This document shows positions 50,116-60,774 of a DNA stretch of 64,000 nucleotides, in pieces. The notes beneath the pieces were generated by a model. The model saw only the letters and a list, made by a program, of their open reading frames with translations, had not been told where the DNA came from and ran no database searches. The stretch covers positions 73,870 to 137,869 of the forward strand of contig CALWTS010000005.1 in NCBI GenBank assembly GCA_944384535.1. The letters run 5' to 3'. The position numbers and the translations under genes are program-made. Each line of letters opens with the position of its first letter. Position 1 is the first letter of the stretch. This DNA is from an uncultured Clostridia bacterium (GTDB lineage: Bacteria; Bacillota; Clostridia; Christensenellales; UBA1242).

Positions 50116-50658
50116 TTATTTATATCTATTTTTGTAGTAATAATAATTTTTATAAACTCTATTTAAATAATTATCAGTTTCTTCAAATGGTATTTCTTTT
50201 AAATGCAAACCATCATCTGAATATTCTTTATTCATCAACCACTTTTGCACATTTCCAATACCAGCATTATAAGCACAAATCCCATTTTTTTCATCATCAA
50301 AAATATTAATTAAATATTTTAAATAACAAGTACCTAATTCAATATTAAAATATGGTTGAAAGAGTTTTTCTTCACTAAAATCAAATTTATTATATTGGGC
50401 AATCCATTCTGCAGTACTAGGAAGTAATTGCATTAAACCAACTGCGCCTTTATTTGAAACAACATCCTTATCATAACTACTTTCAACATTGATTATAGAT
50501 GCTACCAACGCACTATCTATGCTATATTTTTTTGATATTTCTATTATTTCCTCTTTATATTTCATAGGATAAAAATAGGAATTAAAACAACCTATTAAAA
50601 ACATTGAAATTATTATAAAACAAATTAAAATAAAACATGAACAAAAATTTTTCATCAA
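50116..50658 (-). CDS. Lytic transglycosylase (SLT domain) with an N-terminal anchor
   Basis: VESSYDKDVVSNKGAVGLMQLLPSTAEW and AYNAG. Confidence 0.88.
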   Translation of the reverse strand: MMKNFCSCFILICFIIISMFLIGCFNSYFYPMKYKEEIIEISKKYSIDSALVASIINVESSYDKDVVSNKGAVGLMQLLPSTAEWIAQYNKFDFSEEKLFQPYFNIELGTCYLKYLINIFDDEKNGICAYNAGIGNVQKWLMNKEYSDDGLHLKEIPFEETDNYLNRVYKNYYYYKNRYK

Positions 50659-50702
50659 TAATATTTTATTTATATTGAAAATAAAAATACATAATATTTA
50701 TC

Positions 50703-50957
50703 TTATATCTTCACACAAATTTCTCTTCCGTTAATATAATTTATTTTAAAAAAACCAACAAAAGATCTAAATGGTTTATTTAATAAAAATTGTTTTGCTA
50801 ATTCAAAATATTGTTGATAAAACTTAACAGAGATACCACAAGCTTGCCCAGCTTCTTTGGGAGTATTAATAATTGACATAAAAATTTTGTTTTCACGTAA
50901 CATATTTGCAAAATATAATGTTTCATTTCTTGAAGAAAAAACTGCAATTAAATACAT
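50703..50957 (-). CDS. DUF3343-like putative Se/S carrier protein
   Basis: MYLIAVFSSRNETLYFANMLRENKIFMSIINTPKEAGQACGISVKF matches the small beta-alpha fold with a conserved CG. The start is trimmed to the second Met. Confidence 0.6.
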   Translation of the reverse strand: MYLIAVFSSRNETLYFANMLRENKIFMSIINTPKEAGQACGISVKFYQQYFELAKQFLLNKPFRSFVGFFKINYINGREICVKI

Positions 50958-51029
50958 ACAAAATCTCCTTAATGCGCACAAACTCCTCTATATTTTACTA
51001 TATTGTATTTATAAAGGAATGTTTACAAA

Positions 51030-52175
51030 ATGATTTATTTGGATAATAGCGCATCAACATATATTAAACCTAAAGAAGTTATAAAAGCAGTAAATGAAAG
51101 CTTAGTTTACTACACTGCAAATCCAGGCAGAAGCGGTCATCAAGCCAGCATTAATGTTGCATTAAAAATAGAAGAAACAAGAGAACATTTGGCACATCAT
51201 TTTAATGCTTATTCCCCACAAAATATAATATTTACCCATAATTGTACAGAAGCTTTAAATTTAGCAATTCTTGGTTGTGCTAAAAAACACGGTCATATAA
51301 TTTGTACTGAAAATGAACACAACTCAGTTCTACGACCTTTAGAATGGTTAAAAAACAATGATATTCTGGATTACTCTGTTGCATATCAACAAAACAACAC
51401 AGGGATAACACTTAATGATATAAAGAAAGAAATAAAAAACAACACTTTCATGATAATATGTAACCATATTTCAAACGTAAATGGTGACATGGCAGAGATA
51501 AAACAAATAGGTAATTATTGCAAAAAAAATAATATAATCTTTTTAGTTGATGGAGCACAAAGTGGTGGACATGAAACTATAGATTTAAAAGAAAACAATA
51601 TTGATTTTTTAACAATAGCAGGTCACAAAGGATTTTATGCTCCTCAAAGTATTGGGGCATTAATAATGGGTAACAATTATAGACCATCTCCAATTGTTTT
51701 TGGTGGAACAGGAACAAACTCTTTAGAATTTTTTCAACCATCTATATATCCAGAAAGATTAGAGAGTGGAACCTTATCTTCTCCCCTTATTATTGGTTTA
51801 AATGCAGGAATTTTTTTTGTAGAAAAAAATTTTAAAGAAATTAAAGACAAATTAGATGACTTAACTACTTATTTAATTTTTGAACTTACAAAATTAAATA
51901 TTAAATGTTATACATCTCCAGAAAATTCAAGAGGTGTAATATCTTTCAATATAAAAGATATTAATTCAAATGAAATTGCAAATATATTGAATGAAAAATA
52001 CGGAATTTGTGTTAGAGGTGGATATCATTGTTCTCCTTTAAAACATAAAGCTCTTAAAACACTCGACCAAGGAACTGTAAGAGTTTCACTATCATTTTTT
52101 AATACTTTTTCTGAAATACAAAAATTAATTTATTCAATTAAGCACATATTAAAAGATTATAAAAATATAACATAA
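51030..52175 (+). CDS. Class V aminotransferase / cysteine desulfurase family protein
   Basis: IYLDNSASTY, NCTEALN and AGHKGFYAPQSIGAL (PLP lysine). Divergent from the DUF3343-like gene. Confidence 0.85.
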   Translation: MIYLDNSASTYIKPKEVIKAVNESLVYYTANPGRSGHQASINVALKIEETREHLAHHFNAYSPQNIIFTHNCTEALNLAILGCAKKHGHIICTENEHNSVLRPLEWLKNNDILDYSVAYQQNNTGITLNDIKKEIKNNTFMIICNHISNVNGDMAEIKQIGNYCKKNNIIFLVDGAQSGGHETIDLKENNIDFLTIAGHKGFYAPQSIGALIMGNNYRPSPIVFGGTGTNSLEFFQPSIYPERLESGTLSSPLIIGLNAGIFFVEKNFKEIKDKLDDLTTYLIFELTKLNIKCYTSPENSRGVISFNIKDINSNEIANILNEKYGICVRGGYHCSPLKHKALKTLDQGTVRVSLSFFNTFSEIQKLIYSIKHILKDYKNIT

Positions 52176-52194
52176 TACTTGAAAAATAATAAAT

Positions 52195-52231
52195 AAAAAC
52201 AACTAGTATGTATTGCATATTAGTTGTTTTT
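52195..52231. terminator. Bidirectional terminator between the desulfurase-family gene and pnp
   Basis: AAAAACAACTA ... TAGTTGTTTTT stem with A/T runs on both sides. Confidence 0.7.
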
Positions 52232-52239
52232 TATTTTTG

Positions 52240-54342
52240 TTAATCTTTTTTTTCTTTAGGAACTATTCTTTTTAAATCAATCCTGCCTTTATCATCTATC
52301 TTGATAACTTCAACTTCAATTGTATCACCTACTTTAACCACATCTTCGACTTTCTCTACTCTTTTATTAGATAATTTAGAAATATGAATCATTCCTTCCT
52401 TATTTCCACCAAACTCAACAAAAGCACCAAAATTGGTTACTTTTACAACTTTTGCATCATATACATCGCCAACTTCTACATCTTCTACAATACCGAGTAT
52501 TATTCTTTTTGCTTTTTCAGCCATTTCTGAATCTTGTGTCGCAATAAATACCTTTCCATCATCATCTATATCAATTTTAACTCCAGTTTCATCAATGATT
52601 TTATTAATCATTTTTCCACCTGTACCAATTACATCTTTAATTTTATCAGGATCAATATTAAATGATATAATCTTTGGAGCATATTTAGATAATTCTTTAC
52701 GTGGTTGTGAAATTTCTTCAAGTAATTTATTCATTATAAACATTCTTCCTTCTCTTGCTTGCTTTAATGCCGTAGTAAGAATATTTTTATCGATTCCTTT
52801 AATTTTTATATCCATTTGTATTGCGGTTACACCTTTTTCAGTACCTGTAACTTTAAAGTCCATATCACCCAAAAAGTCTTCTAATCCTTGAATATCTGAT
52901 AACACGGCAACCTTTCCGGAAGTTTCATCTTTAATTAATCCCATTGCAATTCCTGCCACAGGTCTTTTTATTGGAACTCCCCCATCCATTAGAGCTAATG
53001 TGGAACCACATACAGATGCCATTGATGATGAACCATTTGAAGATAATACCTCTGACACTAAACGTAAAGCATAAGGAAATTCATCTTCATTAGGAATTAC
53101 AGCCTCTAACGCCCTTTCAGCCAAAGCTCCATGTCCAATTTCTCTACGACCAGGACTTTTAATACCTCTTGCTTCACCAGTAGCATAAGCTGGCATGTTA
53201 TAATGATGAACATATCTATTCACTTCTTCATCATCCAATCCTTCCAACTTCTGCATATCTGAAACTGTCCCAAGAGTAAGAGTGGTCAAAACTTGAGTTT
53301 GTCCTCTTGTAAAAATAGCACTACCATGTGCTCTTGGTAAAATTGCTGTATCACACCAAATAGGTCTAATTTCCGTTAATTTTCTTCCATCTGGTCTTAT
53401 GCCATTTTCAAGAATTTTTGATCTAACTTTTTCTTTTGTCATCTTGTATAATACTTGTTCAATTTGTTTTTCACAATCAGGGAACATTTCTATAAAATGT
53501 TCCTTAACTTCGCTATCAAGAGCATCTTGTCTTTTTTGTCTTTCTGTTCTATCAAAAGTATCTAAAGCATAATCCAACTTTTCATTTGCAAATACTCTTA
53601 CAGCATCATTAATTTCATCCGGAACAATATCATATATTAAATCTTTCGCTATAGGTTTTCCAATTTCATCTTTTATCTTTTTTTGGAATTTGACAATTTT
53701 TTTAATTTCCTCATGAGCAAACATTATTGCATCTAACATTATTTCTTCGGGTACTTCTTTTGCACCAGCTTCTACCATTAAAACGGCATCTTCGGTTCCA
53801 GCTACTGTTAATTGCATCAAAGATTTTTCTCTTTCCTCTGCATTTGGATTAATAATAAATTTATCATCTACTAAACCTACCTGAACAGCACCAGTTGGTC
53901 CCATAAATGGTATATCTGATATACTTAAAGCAAAACTTGAACCTAACATAGCAAGAGGTTCTGGTGCAACATCTGGATCAACAGATAGTGCAGTTGCAAT
54001 AACACAAACATCATGATAAAACCCCTTTGGGAATAAAGGTCTCAATGGTCTATCTATAAGCCTTGATGTTAATATAGCTTTATCGGAAGGTTTGCCTTCC
54101 CTCTTTTTAAATCCTCCCGGTATCTTTCCTACAGAATACATTTTTTCTTCAAAATCCACAGCTAAAGGAAAAAAATCTATGCCAGGTCTTGGTTCTTTAG
54201 ACATAGTTACATTAACCATAACTACAGTTTCACCACACCTTACCAAACAAGAACCATTAGATTGTTCACACAATCTACCTGTTTCAAAAGTTATTGTTTT
54301 TCCCCCAACATCTACAGAATAAATTTTTGCATCTTCTTTCAT
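52240..54342 (-). CDS. pnp: Polyribonucleotide nucleotidyltransferase (PNPase)
   Basis: Two RNase PH domains, KH domain (VIGTGGKMINKI) and S1 domain (GAFVEF...GMIHIS). 700 aa. Confidence 0.98.
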   Translation of the reverse strand: MKEDAKIYSVDVGGKTITFETGRLCEQSNGSCLVRCGETVVMVNVTMSKEPRPGIDFFPLAVDFEEKMYSVGKIPGGFKKREGKPSDKAILTSRLIDRPLRPLFPKGFYHDVCVIATALSVDPDVAPEPLAMLGSSFALSISDIPFMGPTGAVQVGLVDDKFIINPNAEEREKSLMQLTVAGTEDAVLMVEAGAKEVPEEIMLDAIMFAHEEIKKIVKFQKKIKDEIGKPIAKDLIYDIVPDEINDAVRVFANEKLDYALDTFDRTERQKRQDALDSEVKEHFIEMFPDCEKQIEQVLYKMTKEKVRSKILENGIRPDGRKLTEIRPIWCDTAILPRAHGSAIFTRGQTQVLTTLTLGTVSDMQKLEGLDDEEVNRYVHHYNMPAYATGEARGIKSPGRREIGHGALAERALEAVIPNEDEFPYALRLVSEVLSSNGSSSMASVCGSTLALMDGGVPIKRPVAGIAMGLIKDETSGKVAVLSDIQGLEDFLGDMDFKVTGTEKGVTAIQMDIKIKGIDKNILTTALKQAREGRMFIMNKLLEEISQPRKELSKYAPKIISFNIDPDKIKDVIGTGGKMINKIIDETGVKIDIDDDGKVFIATQDSEMAEKAKRIILGIVEDVEVGDVYDAKVVKVTNFGAFVEFGGNKEGMIHISKLSNKRVEKVEDVVKVGDTIEVEVIKIDDKGRIDLKRIVPKEKKD

Positions 54343-54361
54343 AAATTCTCCTTATTTAGTT

Positions 54362-54392
54362 AAAAAAAGGGATGATAAAAACATATCTCCCC
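54362..54392 (-). terminator. Terminator/attenuator between rpsO and pnp
   Basis: On the - strand: GGGGAGATA...TATCATCCC stem (one mismatch) followed by T7. Confidence 0.6.
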
Positions 54393-54400
54393 ATTTATTT

Positions 54401-54661
54401 TTATTTTACTTCACGTATACCAAGTTCTTTAATCAAACTTCTGTAAGCTTCAATATCTTTTTCTTTTAAGTACAACAAGAAGCCTTTTCTCTTACCAACC
54501 ATTTGTAAAAGTCCACGACGTGAATGATTATCCTTTGGATTAACTTTCAAATGTTCATTTAAATGATTAATTCTAGCAGTTAAAAGTGCAACTTGAACTT
54601 GAACTGATCCAGTATCATTTTCAGAAAGTTTGAATTTTTCAATTATATCTTTCTTTTCCAT
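54401..54661 (-). CDS. rpsO: 30S ribosomal protein S15
   Basis: [40 protein letters not shown]. Confidence 0.97.
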   Translation of the reverse strand: MEKKDIIEKFKLSENDTGSVQVQVALLTARINHLNEHLKVNPKDNHSRRGLLQMVGKRKGFLLYLKEKDIEAYRSLIKELGIREVK

Positions 54662-54806
54662 ATTTCCTCCTATTTTTATGTATTATCACCTTTAACGAAG
54701 CAAAAAGTCAGAAGGTTTCTAAATTTACTGCGTTATAAGGATTTCTCGACTATTTTAGTATATCATATATCAAAAAAAAAGTAAACATTTTACAACAAAT
54801 TTTTAG

Positions 54807-56216
54807 TTATTTATAAAATTCTTTTTTCCTTTCTATCATCTCATCTATTCTTTTTATATAATCGTTGATAAATTTAACATTAGGTTGACGCTCGATTTTA
54901 TTTTCTATGGTATATACTCTTTTACTTATAGCACCAGCTCCAACACCAATTATAGTATTTGTTTCTTCCATCTCATCTATATTGAATACACATACAAAAT
55001 TGTCTCTAAAATATCCAACATTTTCCAACCCATCAATTTGATTCTTTTGTCTATAAATATAATAAGGTTTATACCCATTTTTTATCATTTCTTTATGTGC
55101 AAAATCAATCATTTTCCTTACATCATTATTATTATAAGTTTCCATATTAAAATTATTTTTTAGTAAAGCACCATTTTTTAAAGATAAAGTATGTATTGTA
55201 ATATTATGAGGATATAATTCTAATAAAGTTTTTAATGTTCTTTTAAATATTCCAAATTTTTCTCCAGGAAGACCGGCTATTATATCCATGTTAACAATAA
55301 AATCTTTTTGTAAAGCAATTGAATAAGCTTCTAAAACTTGAGAATTTTTTTGTCGTCTACCTATTCTTTTCAATGTTGCTTCACAAAAAGTTTGTGGATT
55401 TATTGATATCCTAGTAACAGCATGATTTTTTAAAATATCTAACTTTTCATTTGTAATAGTATCAGCTCTACCACATTCAACAGTAAATTCAGAAACAGGA
55501 AAATTTAATACATTCAACAACTTGTCTAATTGCTTAGAAGTTAAAACCGAAGGTGTTCCGCCACCAATATATATATTTCTGACAATATATGCTTTTCTTT
55601 TTATAATATCTTTTACGGCATTGATTTCTTTAATTAAACAATCAATGTATTTGTCAACTAAATCTTTAACCATATTAAATTCATTTGAAATAAAAGAACA
55701 ATACAAACAGCGTGTTGGACATATTGGAATATTTATATACAAATCAATTAAATTATCATTTCTAATTATACACTTTTGATTTTTTATTATAGTTGTAACA
55801 AGCTCTGCTCTATCAGGTTCTACAAAATAATCTTTTTGAAGAACTTCTGAAATTAAATATTCCTTAATTTCACCATTAACAACCATATCTCTTGCAAATT
55901 TTGTAGGTCTAATTCCTGTTAAACATCCCCAAGGTAATTTCTTTTTTAACTCTTTACTTAAAATATCATATAAAAATATTTTAACTTTTCTTTTTCTCGA
56001 AGACTTGTTCCTAAGAGGAGATAAATTAGCATCAATTTTATAACTGTATTTGTAATCATGCTCAATATTATTATTTATAAATTTAAACTCATCAAATACA
56101 TCATTCCCTTGATAAGTTTCATTATGTTTTACTTCAATATTATCATTTAGTCCGAATAGTTTACATAAATCCATTAATTCTATTTGATATTCTTCAATAT
56201 TTGTAGTTATTTTCAT
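54807..56216 (-). CDS. Radical SAM coproporphyrinogen-dehydrogenase-like protein (HemZ/HemN family)
   Basis: IPICPTRCLYCSF (CxxxCxxC), IYIGGGTPS and RISINPQTF. 469 aa. Confidence 0.85.
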   Translation of the reverse strand: MKITTNIEEYQIELMDLCKLFGLNDNIEVKHNETYQGNDVFDEFKFINNNIEHDYKYSYKIDANLSPLRNKSSRKRKVKIFLYDILSKELKKKLPWGCLTGIRPTKFARDMVVNGEIKEYLISEVLQKDYFVEPDRAELVTTIIKNQKCIIRNDNLIDLYINIPICPTRCLYCSFISNEFNMVKDLVDKYIDCLIKEINAVKDIIKRKAYIVRNIYIGGGTPSVLTSKQLDKLLNVLNFPVSEFTVECGRADTITNEKLDILKNHAVTRISINPQTFCEATLKRIGRRQKNSQVLEAYSIALQKDFIVNMDIIAGLPGEKFGIFKRTLKTLLELYPHNITIHTLSLKNGALLKNNFNMETYNNNDVRKMIDFAHKEMIKNGYKPYYIYRQKNQIDGLENVGYFRDNFVCVFNIDEMEETNTIIGVGAGAISKRVYTIENKIERQPNVKFINDYIKRIDEMIERKKEFYK

Positions 56217-58318
56217 TTTTCACTCCTATAAACACTTATTACACTTTTTAAGTTCTTTATAGAGTTAATAATACTTTCTAATTCATTTCTATTTTTTACC
56301 TCAATTATTAGAGAACTAACAAAATTATCACCAGAATCTTTAGCATCAAAACCCTTTATATTCATTTTTATTCCTGTAATTGAGTTTGTAAATTTTGCAA
56401 TGTTGTTATCTGTTTTAGATGCAATAATTTTTATATTAGCAACAAAAGTAGCATCTTCTTTATTTTGCCATTGAGCATCAATTAATCTTTCTTTTTCTAA
56501 ATATTTTAGATTGGGACATGTAGTTCTATGTATAGCAACTCCTTTTCCTCTAGAAATATAACCTATAATATTATCACCTTCAATAGGATTACAACACCCT
56601 GCAAAACGAACAAGCATTCCGCTGTCACCATCAATCAATACTCCATCTTTATTTCTTTTTAAATGGACAACATTGTCAACTTTGGAAATTTGTTTAAAAT
56701 CACTATTGTATAATGTCTGAAATCTCGCGACAACCTGATTAGCTGTTAAAGAACCTGATCCTATTGCTGCATATAACTCATCCATATCTTCCATATTATA
56801 TCGTTTTAATATTTGTGTTAAATACTTTTCATTTAATATTTGAGTTGTAATCAGTCCTTTATCTTGAACTGATTGATTAAACATAACTTTTCCTAATTTA
56901 ATGTTTTCATCTTTTAATTCATTTTTAAAAAAAGATTTAATTTTTCCTCTTGCACTTTGTGTTTTAACAAACTTCAACCAATCTCTTGAAGGACCTTTTG
57001 AATTATTGTTAGTTAAAATTTCAACAATATCGCCATTATGCAATTTTGAAGTAATAGGTTTAAGTTTTCCATTTATTTTAGCTCCTACACAAGTATTCCC
57101 TATTTCACTATGAATTGCATATGCAAAATCTATTACAGTCGAGCCTTCTGGAAATTCCAAAACCTTTCCCTTTGGAGTTTGAGCAATAATTACTCCAGCA
57201 TATAAATCACTTTTTAAAGTTTCAATAAAATCCACATCTGACATGGATTTTGCATTTTCTATTGTTTGTCTAAACCATGTGAGTCTCTTATCAAAGTCAT
57301 TCTTTTTATCTTTTTTTTCTTTGTATAACCAATGAGCATATACACCATATTCTGCATCTCTATGCATTTCAACTGTTCTTATTTGTATTTCCATCGGATG
57401 TTGATTTTCAACTATAATTGTTGTATGTAAAGATTGATAGCCATTAGGTTTAGGATTAGCTATATAGTCTTTCACCCTGCCAATTAAAGGTTTATATATT
57501 CCGTGGATTCTCCCCATAATTGAATAACATTCTTCAACAGAATTTACAATTACTCTCATTGCCAAAATGTCATAAATTTGATCCAATGTTAATTGTTTAT
57601 TATGAATCTTATTAAAAATTGAAGAAACATGCTTGATACGACATTCAATTTCACCATTAATATTTAAATCTTTCAATATATCTTGAATTTTTCTTTTAGT
57701 TATTTGTAATTGCTTTTCATTTTCTATTTTTTCTTTTTCAATAGTTCTTTTTAAATTTAAATATTCATGTGGATATTCTAATCTCACGACATTATCATAA
57801 AGATTTTGTTTTAATTTGTCTAATCCAAGTCTTTCTGATAAAGGAATGTGTATCTCTTTTACTTGTTTAACAAAATGTTTTTGTTCTTCAGATAGAGGAT
57901 TTTTCAAAATAGATATATCATAATAAATTCCTAATAATTTTATTATAACTACTCGCATATCATTACTCATTACTATAAACAAGCGTCTTATATCATCTGT
58001 TTTTTCGCTAACAGTAAGACTATTAATATCCTTTATAGTTTTAAATTCTTCAACCATCTTTTTTATTTCTTCATTTTGGTTAACTAAAATATTTTCAGCT
58101 TCATCTGGTTTTGTCTTAAACAATTGATACAAAACAAAAGCAAATAAAGAATCTTTATCAAGTTTATAATCAACAATTCCTTTAATAATGATACTTAATC
58201 TATCTAAATTTGAATTATCTTGCAAAATCTTCATTAACGTATCTTTTTCCAAATCGTTTAAAGAAAAATTATCATCAATTAATTTAAATACATCAATAAC
58301 TTTTTCGTTATTATCCAT
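56213..58318 (-). CDS. relA: Long RelA/SpoT homologue: intact (p)ppGpp synthetase, TGS and ACT regions, degenerate hydrolase domain
   Basis: Synthetase motifs YDILAMRVIV, KDYIANPKPNGYQSLHTT, EIQIRTVEMH and AEYGVYAHWLYK are present. The expected HD, ED and ADRLHNM hydrolase motifs read LYQ, FK and LGIYYDI. Confidence 0.9.
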   Translation of the reverse strand: MDNNEKVIDVFKLIDDNFSLNDLEKDTLMKILQDNSNLDRLSIIIKGIVDYKLDKDSLFAFVLYQLFKTKPDEAENILVNQNEEIKKMVEEFKTIKDINSLTVSEKTDDIRRLFIVMSNDMRVVIIKLLGIYYDISILKNPLSEEQKHFVKQVKEIHIPLSERLGLDKLKQNLYDNVVRLEYPHEYLNLKRTIEKEKIENEKQLQITKRKIQDILKDLNINGEIECRIKHVSSIFNKIHNKQLTLDQIYDILAMRVIVNSVEECYSIMGRIHGIYKPLIGRVKDYIANPKPNGYQSLHTTIIVENQHPMEIQIRTVEMHRDAEYGVYAHWLYKEKKDKKNDFDKRLTWFRQTIENAKSMSDVDFIETLKSDLYAGVIIAQTPKGKVLEFPEGSTVIDFAYAIHSEIGNTCVGAKINGKLKPITSKLHNGDIVEILTNNNSKGPSRDWLKFVKTQSARGKIKSFFKNELKDENIKLGKVMFNQSVQDKGLITTQILNEKYLTQILKRYNMEDMDELYAAIGSGSLTANQVVARFQTLYNSDFKQISKVDNVVHLKRNKDGVLIDGDSGMLVRFAGCCNPIEGDNIIGYISRGKGVAIHRTTCPNLKYLEKERLIDAQWQNKEDATFVANIKIIASKTDNNIAKFTNSITGIKMNIKGFDAKDSGDNFVSSLIIEVKNRNELESIINSIKNLKSVISVYRSEK

Positions 58319-60679
58319 TTAATTTTCTCCTTTAAAAGTATTTTTTAACAAAGATAAACTTTTATAAATAGAAGATTGGGTTAATTCTTTTTTAACTGAT
58401 TTATTTATAATTATTTTTAGTTGATCTTTATAATCTAATGTAATTAAACCCAATTGATTAAAAACAAGCAATGCAGAATAAAACGATGTAAATGAAATAT
58501 TGTTTAAAAAATCAGATTTATCATATAATTCAAAAACATTATAAATTTGTTTCCCAGATTTCGTAGATAAAAATTTAAAGATTTTAGCAAAAGTATTTCT
58601 TGACAAATCAATCCCTGAATAATTTTTTATATTACTGTCTTTGTCAACAGGAATAAATATTTCCGCATCTGAAATTTTATTAATTGCTGAAATAAATCTC
58701 ATATCTAAAACTGGGGTTAAAAATATAATTTGCTTGTAATTCTTAGCCCAATTTATGCCTTTAGGAGATAATAAAATTGAATTATACCCTATTTCATTAT
58801 CTTCATAAATTCCAAAATGATAGATTCCCTGTGTATTATATTCTTTATTAAATTCTACATATTCAAAACAAGAATAAGAAACAAAGCAAGTTCCAAAAAC
58901 GGTAGTAGTTGTTTTTCCAACGAAATTAATTAGTTCACTTTTTGGATATAGAGTATATTTAGAATCAGAAGATTTCGATATTGCTAATTGATTTAATTCA
59001 ATTGCATTTAATTTTTTATAAGCATCCTCAATAATAAAACTTCCCCCATCAAAATCGCTAATTAATCCCTTTGTAGATCTAGGTTGAAACTCAAAAATAA
59101 AAGATTTTTGTCTCGAAAATGTTATTTTCACCAAATTTTCAATAAAATTAAAATACGTTAAATTTAATTTCCCAATTTTTATGTTTGCATGTTGTGGAAA
59201 TTTTTTCATAGGCATAATTTCTACATTTTGTGTAGTTATTTTAAATTTTGGTCTCGGATTATCACACCCAAAAGGTTCTAATAAGGAAAGTTCTTTAATA
59301 AATTCAGGAGTAACATCTTCTTCCAAAATTTCTTGGTCATAATATTTTATAGGTATAAAAACATCATCACTTACGCAATTTAAAACGAACGAATTGATTT
59401 TATTTATAAATACCTCGTAATTACTTCTTTTAAGTGATAAACCAGCAGCCATTGAATGTCCACCAAAAGTTTCAAGAATATCACTTAAAGATGATAATAA
59501 TTGATGAATATTAATATCATCAATACTTCTTCCTGAACCGCATAAAAGTTCTCCTTCTTGAGCAAATAAAAACACCGGCTTATGATATTTATCAACAAGT
59601 CTTGAACAAACAATTCCTAAAACACCTTTATCCCAAACTTTAGAAGCTAAAACAATAACTCGCTGGTTTCTCATATCTACTTTTGATAAAAACCTTTCAC
59701 AATCTTCATATATTTTATTGCAAATTTCCTGTCTTTTTAAATTGTGTGATTTTATTTTTTCTAGGTCTTTTTTTATCATTACAGGATCTGTTTCAAAATA
59801 TATTTTTAAAGAGTCTTCTGCATCTCCCATTCTGCCTGATGCATTTAATTTAGGACCTATTTTGAAAGATATATCAGTAGCATTAGGTTTTAAAGTACTT
59901 ATATCATATTCTTTAAACATCATTTTAAGTCCTATTGGTAAGTACTTATCACACAAAGATAAACCTTTTACAACTATTGTTCTATTTTCATTTTTTAGCG
60001 AAACAATATCCACAATCGTTGCAATAGCTGCTATTGGCAAAAATTGTTCTGCCTCTTTTTCACCCAATAACGCTTGGGCAAACTTAAAAGCAACACCTGT
60101 GCCACACAAATCTTTAAATGGATATTTTTGATCTTTTTGTTTCGCATTTACGACTATACAATCAGGAATTATATCAGGAATTTCATGATGATCAGTTATT
60201 GCTACCTCAATCCCTTTATTTTTTGCATATTCAACTTCATTGAAACATGAAATACCGCAATCAACAGTAATAATTAAATTTGGTTGATAAAGATTAGCTA
60301 TCTTATCAATAACATCATTTGTTAAACCATAACCATCAACATATCTATTTGGTAAATAATAATTTGCTTTTATACCAAATTTTTGCAATGCTTTTAGCAT
60401 TATGGCAGTTGCACTAACACCATCAACATCATAATCGCCGAAAATCAAGATTTTATCTTTTAATTCTTTTGCAAGTTTTACTCTATCAACAAGATCCTGC
60501 ATACCTTTTAAAGAAAAGGGATCATGAAAAATAGTTGGGTTTAAAAACTCTTGAACATCATCTTCAGAACTAACTCCTCTAGCTAAAATTAACTCTGCAA
60601 TTTTTGGATTTAAATTAAATTTACTTGCAATATATTGAACTTTATCGGCGTCTTTAATAAAAAATTTTTTAAATATCAT
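58319..60679 (-). CDS. recJ: Single-stranded-DNA-specific exonuclease RecJ
   Basis: IFGDYDVDGVSA, ITVDCG, ITDHHE and GGHSMAAG. 786 aa. Confidence 0.95.
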   Translation of the reverse strand: MIFKKFFIKDADKVQYIASKFNLNPKIAELILARGVSSEDDVQEFLNPTIFHDPFSLKGMQDLVDRVKLAKELKDKILIFGDYDVDGVSATAIMLKALQKFGIKANYYLPNRYVDGYGLTNDVIDKIANLYQPNLIITVDCGISCFNEVEYAKNKGIEVAITDHHEIPDIIPDCIVVNAKQKDQKYPFKDLCGTGVAFKFAQALLGEKEAEQFLPIAAIATIVDIVSLKNENRTIVVKGLSLCDKYLPIGLKMMFKEYDISTLKPNATDISFKIGPKLNASGRMGDAEDSLKIYFETDPVMIKKDLEKIKSHNLKRQEICNKIYEDCERFLSKVDMRNQRVIVLASKVWDKGVLGIVCSRLVDKYHKPVFLFAQEGELLCGSGRSIDDINIHQLLSSLSDILETFGGHSMAAGLSLKRSNYEVFINKINSFVLNCVSDDVFIPIKYYDQEILEEDVTPEFIKELSLLEPFGCDNPRPKFKITTQNVEIMPMKKFPQHANIKIGKLNLTYFNFIENLVKITFSRQKSFIFEFQPRSTKGLISDFDGGSFIIEDAYKKLNAIELNQLAISKSSDSKYTLYPKSELINFVGKTTTTVFGTCFVSYSCFEYVEFNKEYNTQGIYHFGIYEDNEIGYNSILLSPKGINWAKNYKQIIFLTPVLDMRFISAINKISDAEIFIPVDKDSNIKNYSGIDLSRNTFAKIFKFLSTKSGKQIYNVFELYDKSDFLNNISFTSFYSALLVFNQLGLITLDYKDQLKIIINKSVKKELTQSSIYKSLSLLKNTFKGEN

Positions 60680-60747
60680 ATTCGCCTTACTCTTTATAAT
60701 TTATATTATATTTATTTCACATTTAATTTGCAAATAAAATTAAGCAT

Positions 60748-60773
60748 AAAAAAAAATAAAGGTCATCCTTTAT
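60748..60773 (-). terminator. Intrinsic terminator after the zinc-ribbon gene
   Basis: On the - strand: ATAAAGG-ATGA-CCTTTAT followed by T8. Confidence 0.7.
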
Positions 60774-60774
60774 T

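Noticed and set aside
54662-54806. Possible S15 autoregulatory leader upstream of rpsO
   Set aside because: A TTTACT-17-TATACT promoter and a leader of about 95 nt exist. I could not draw a convincing conserved three-way junction or pseudoknot, so this needs a covariance-model scan.
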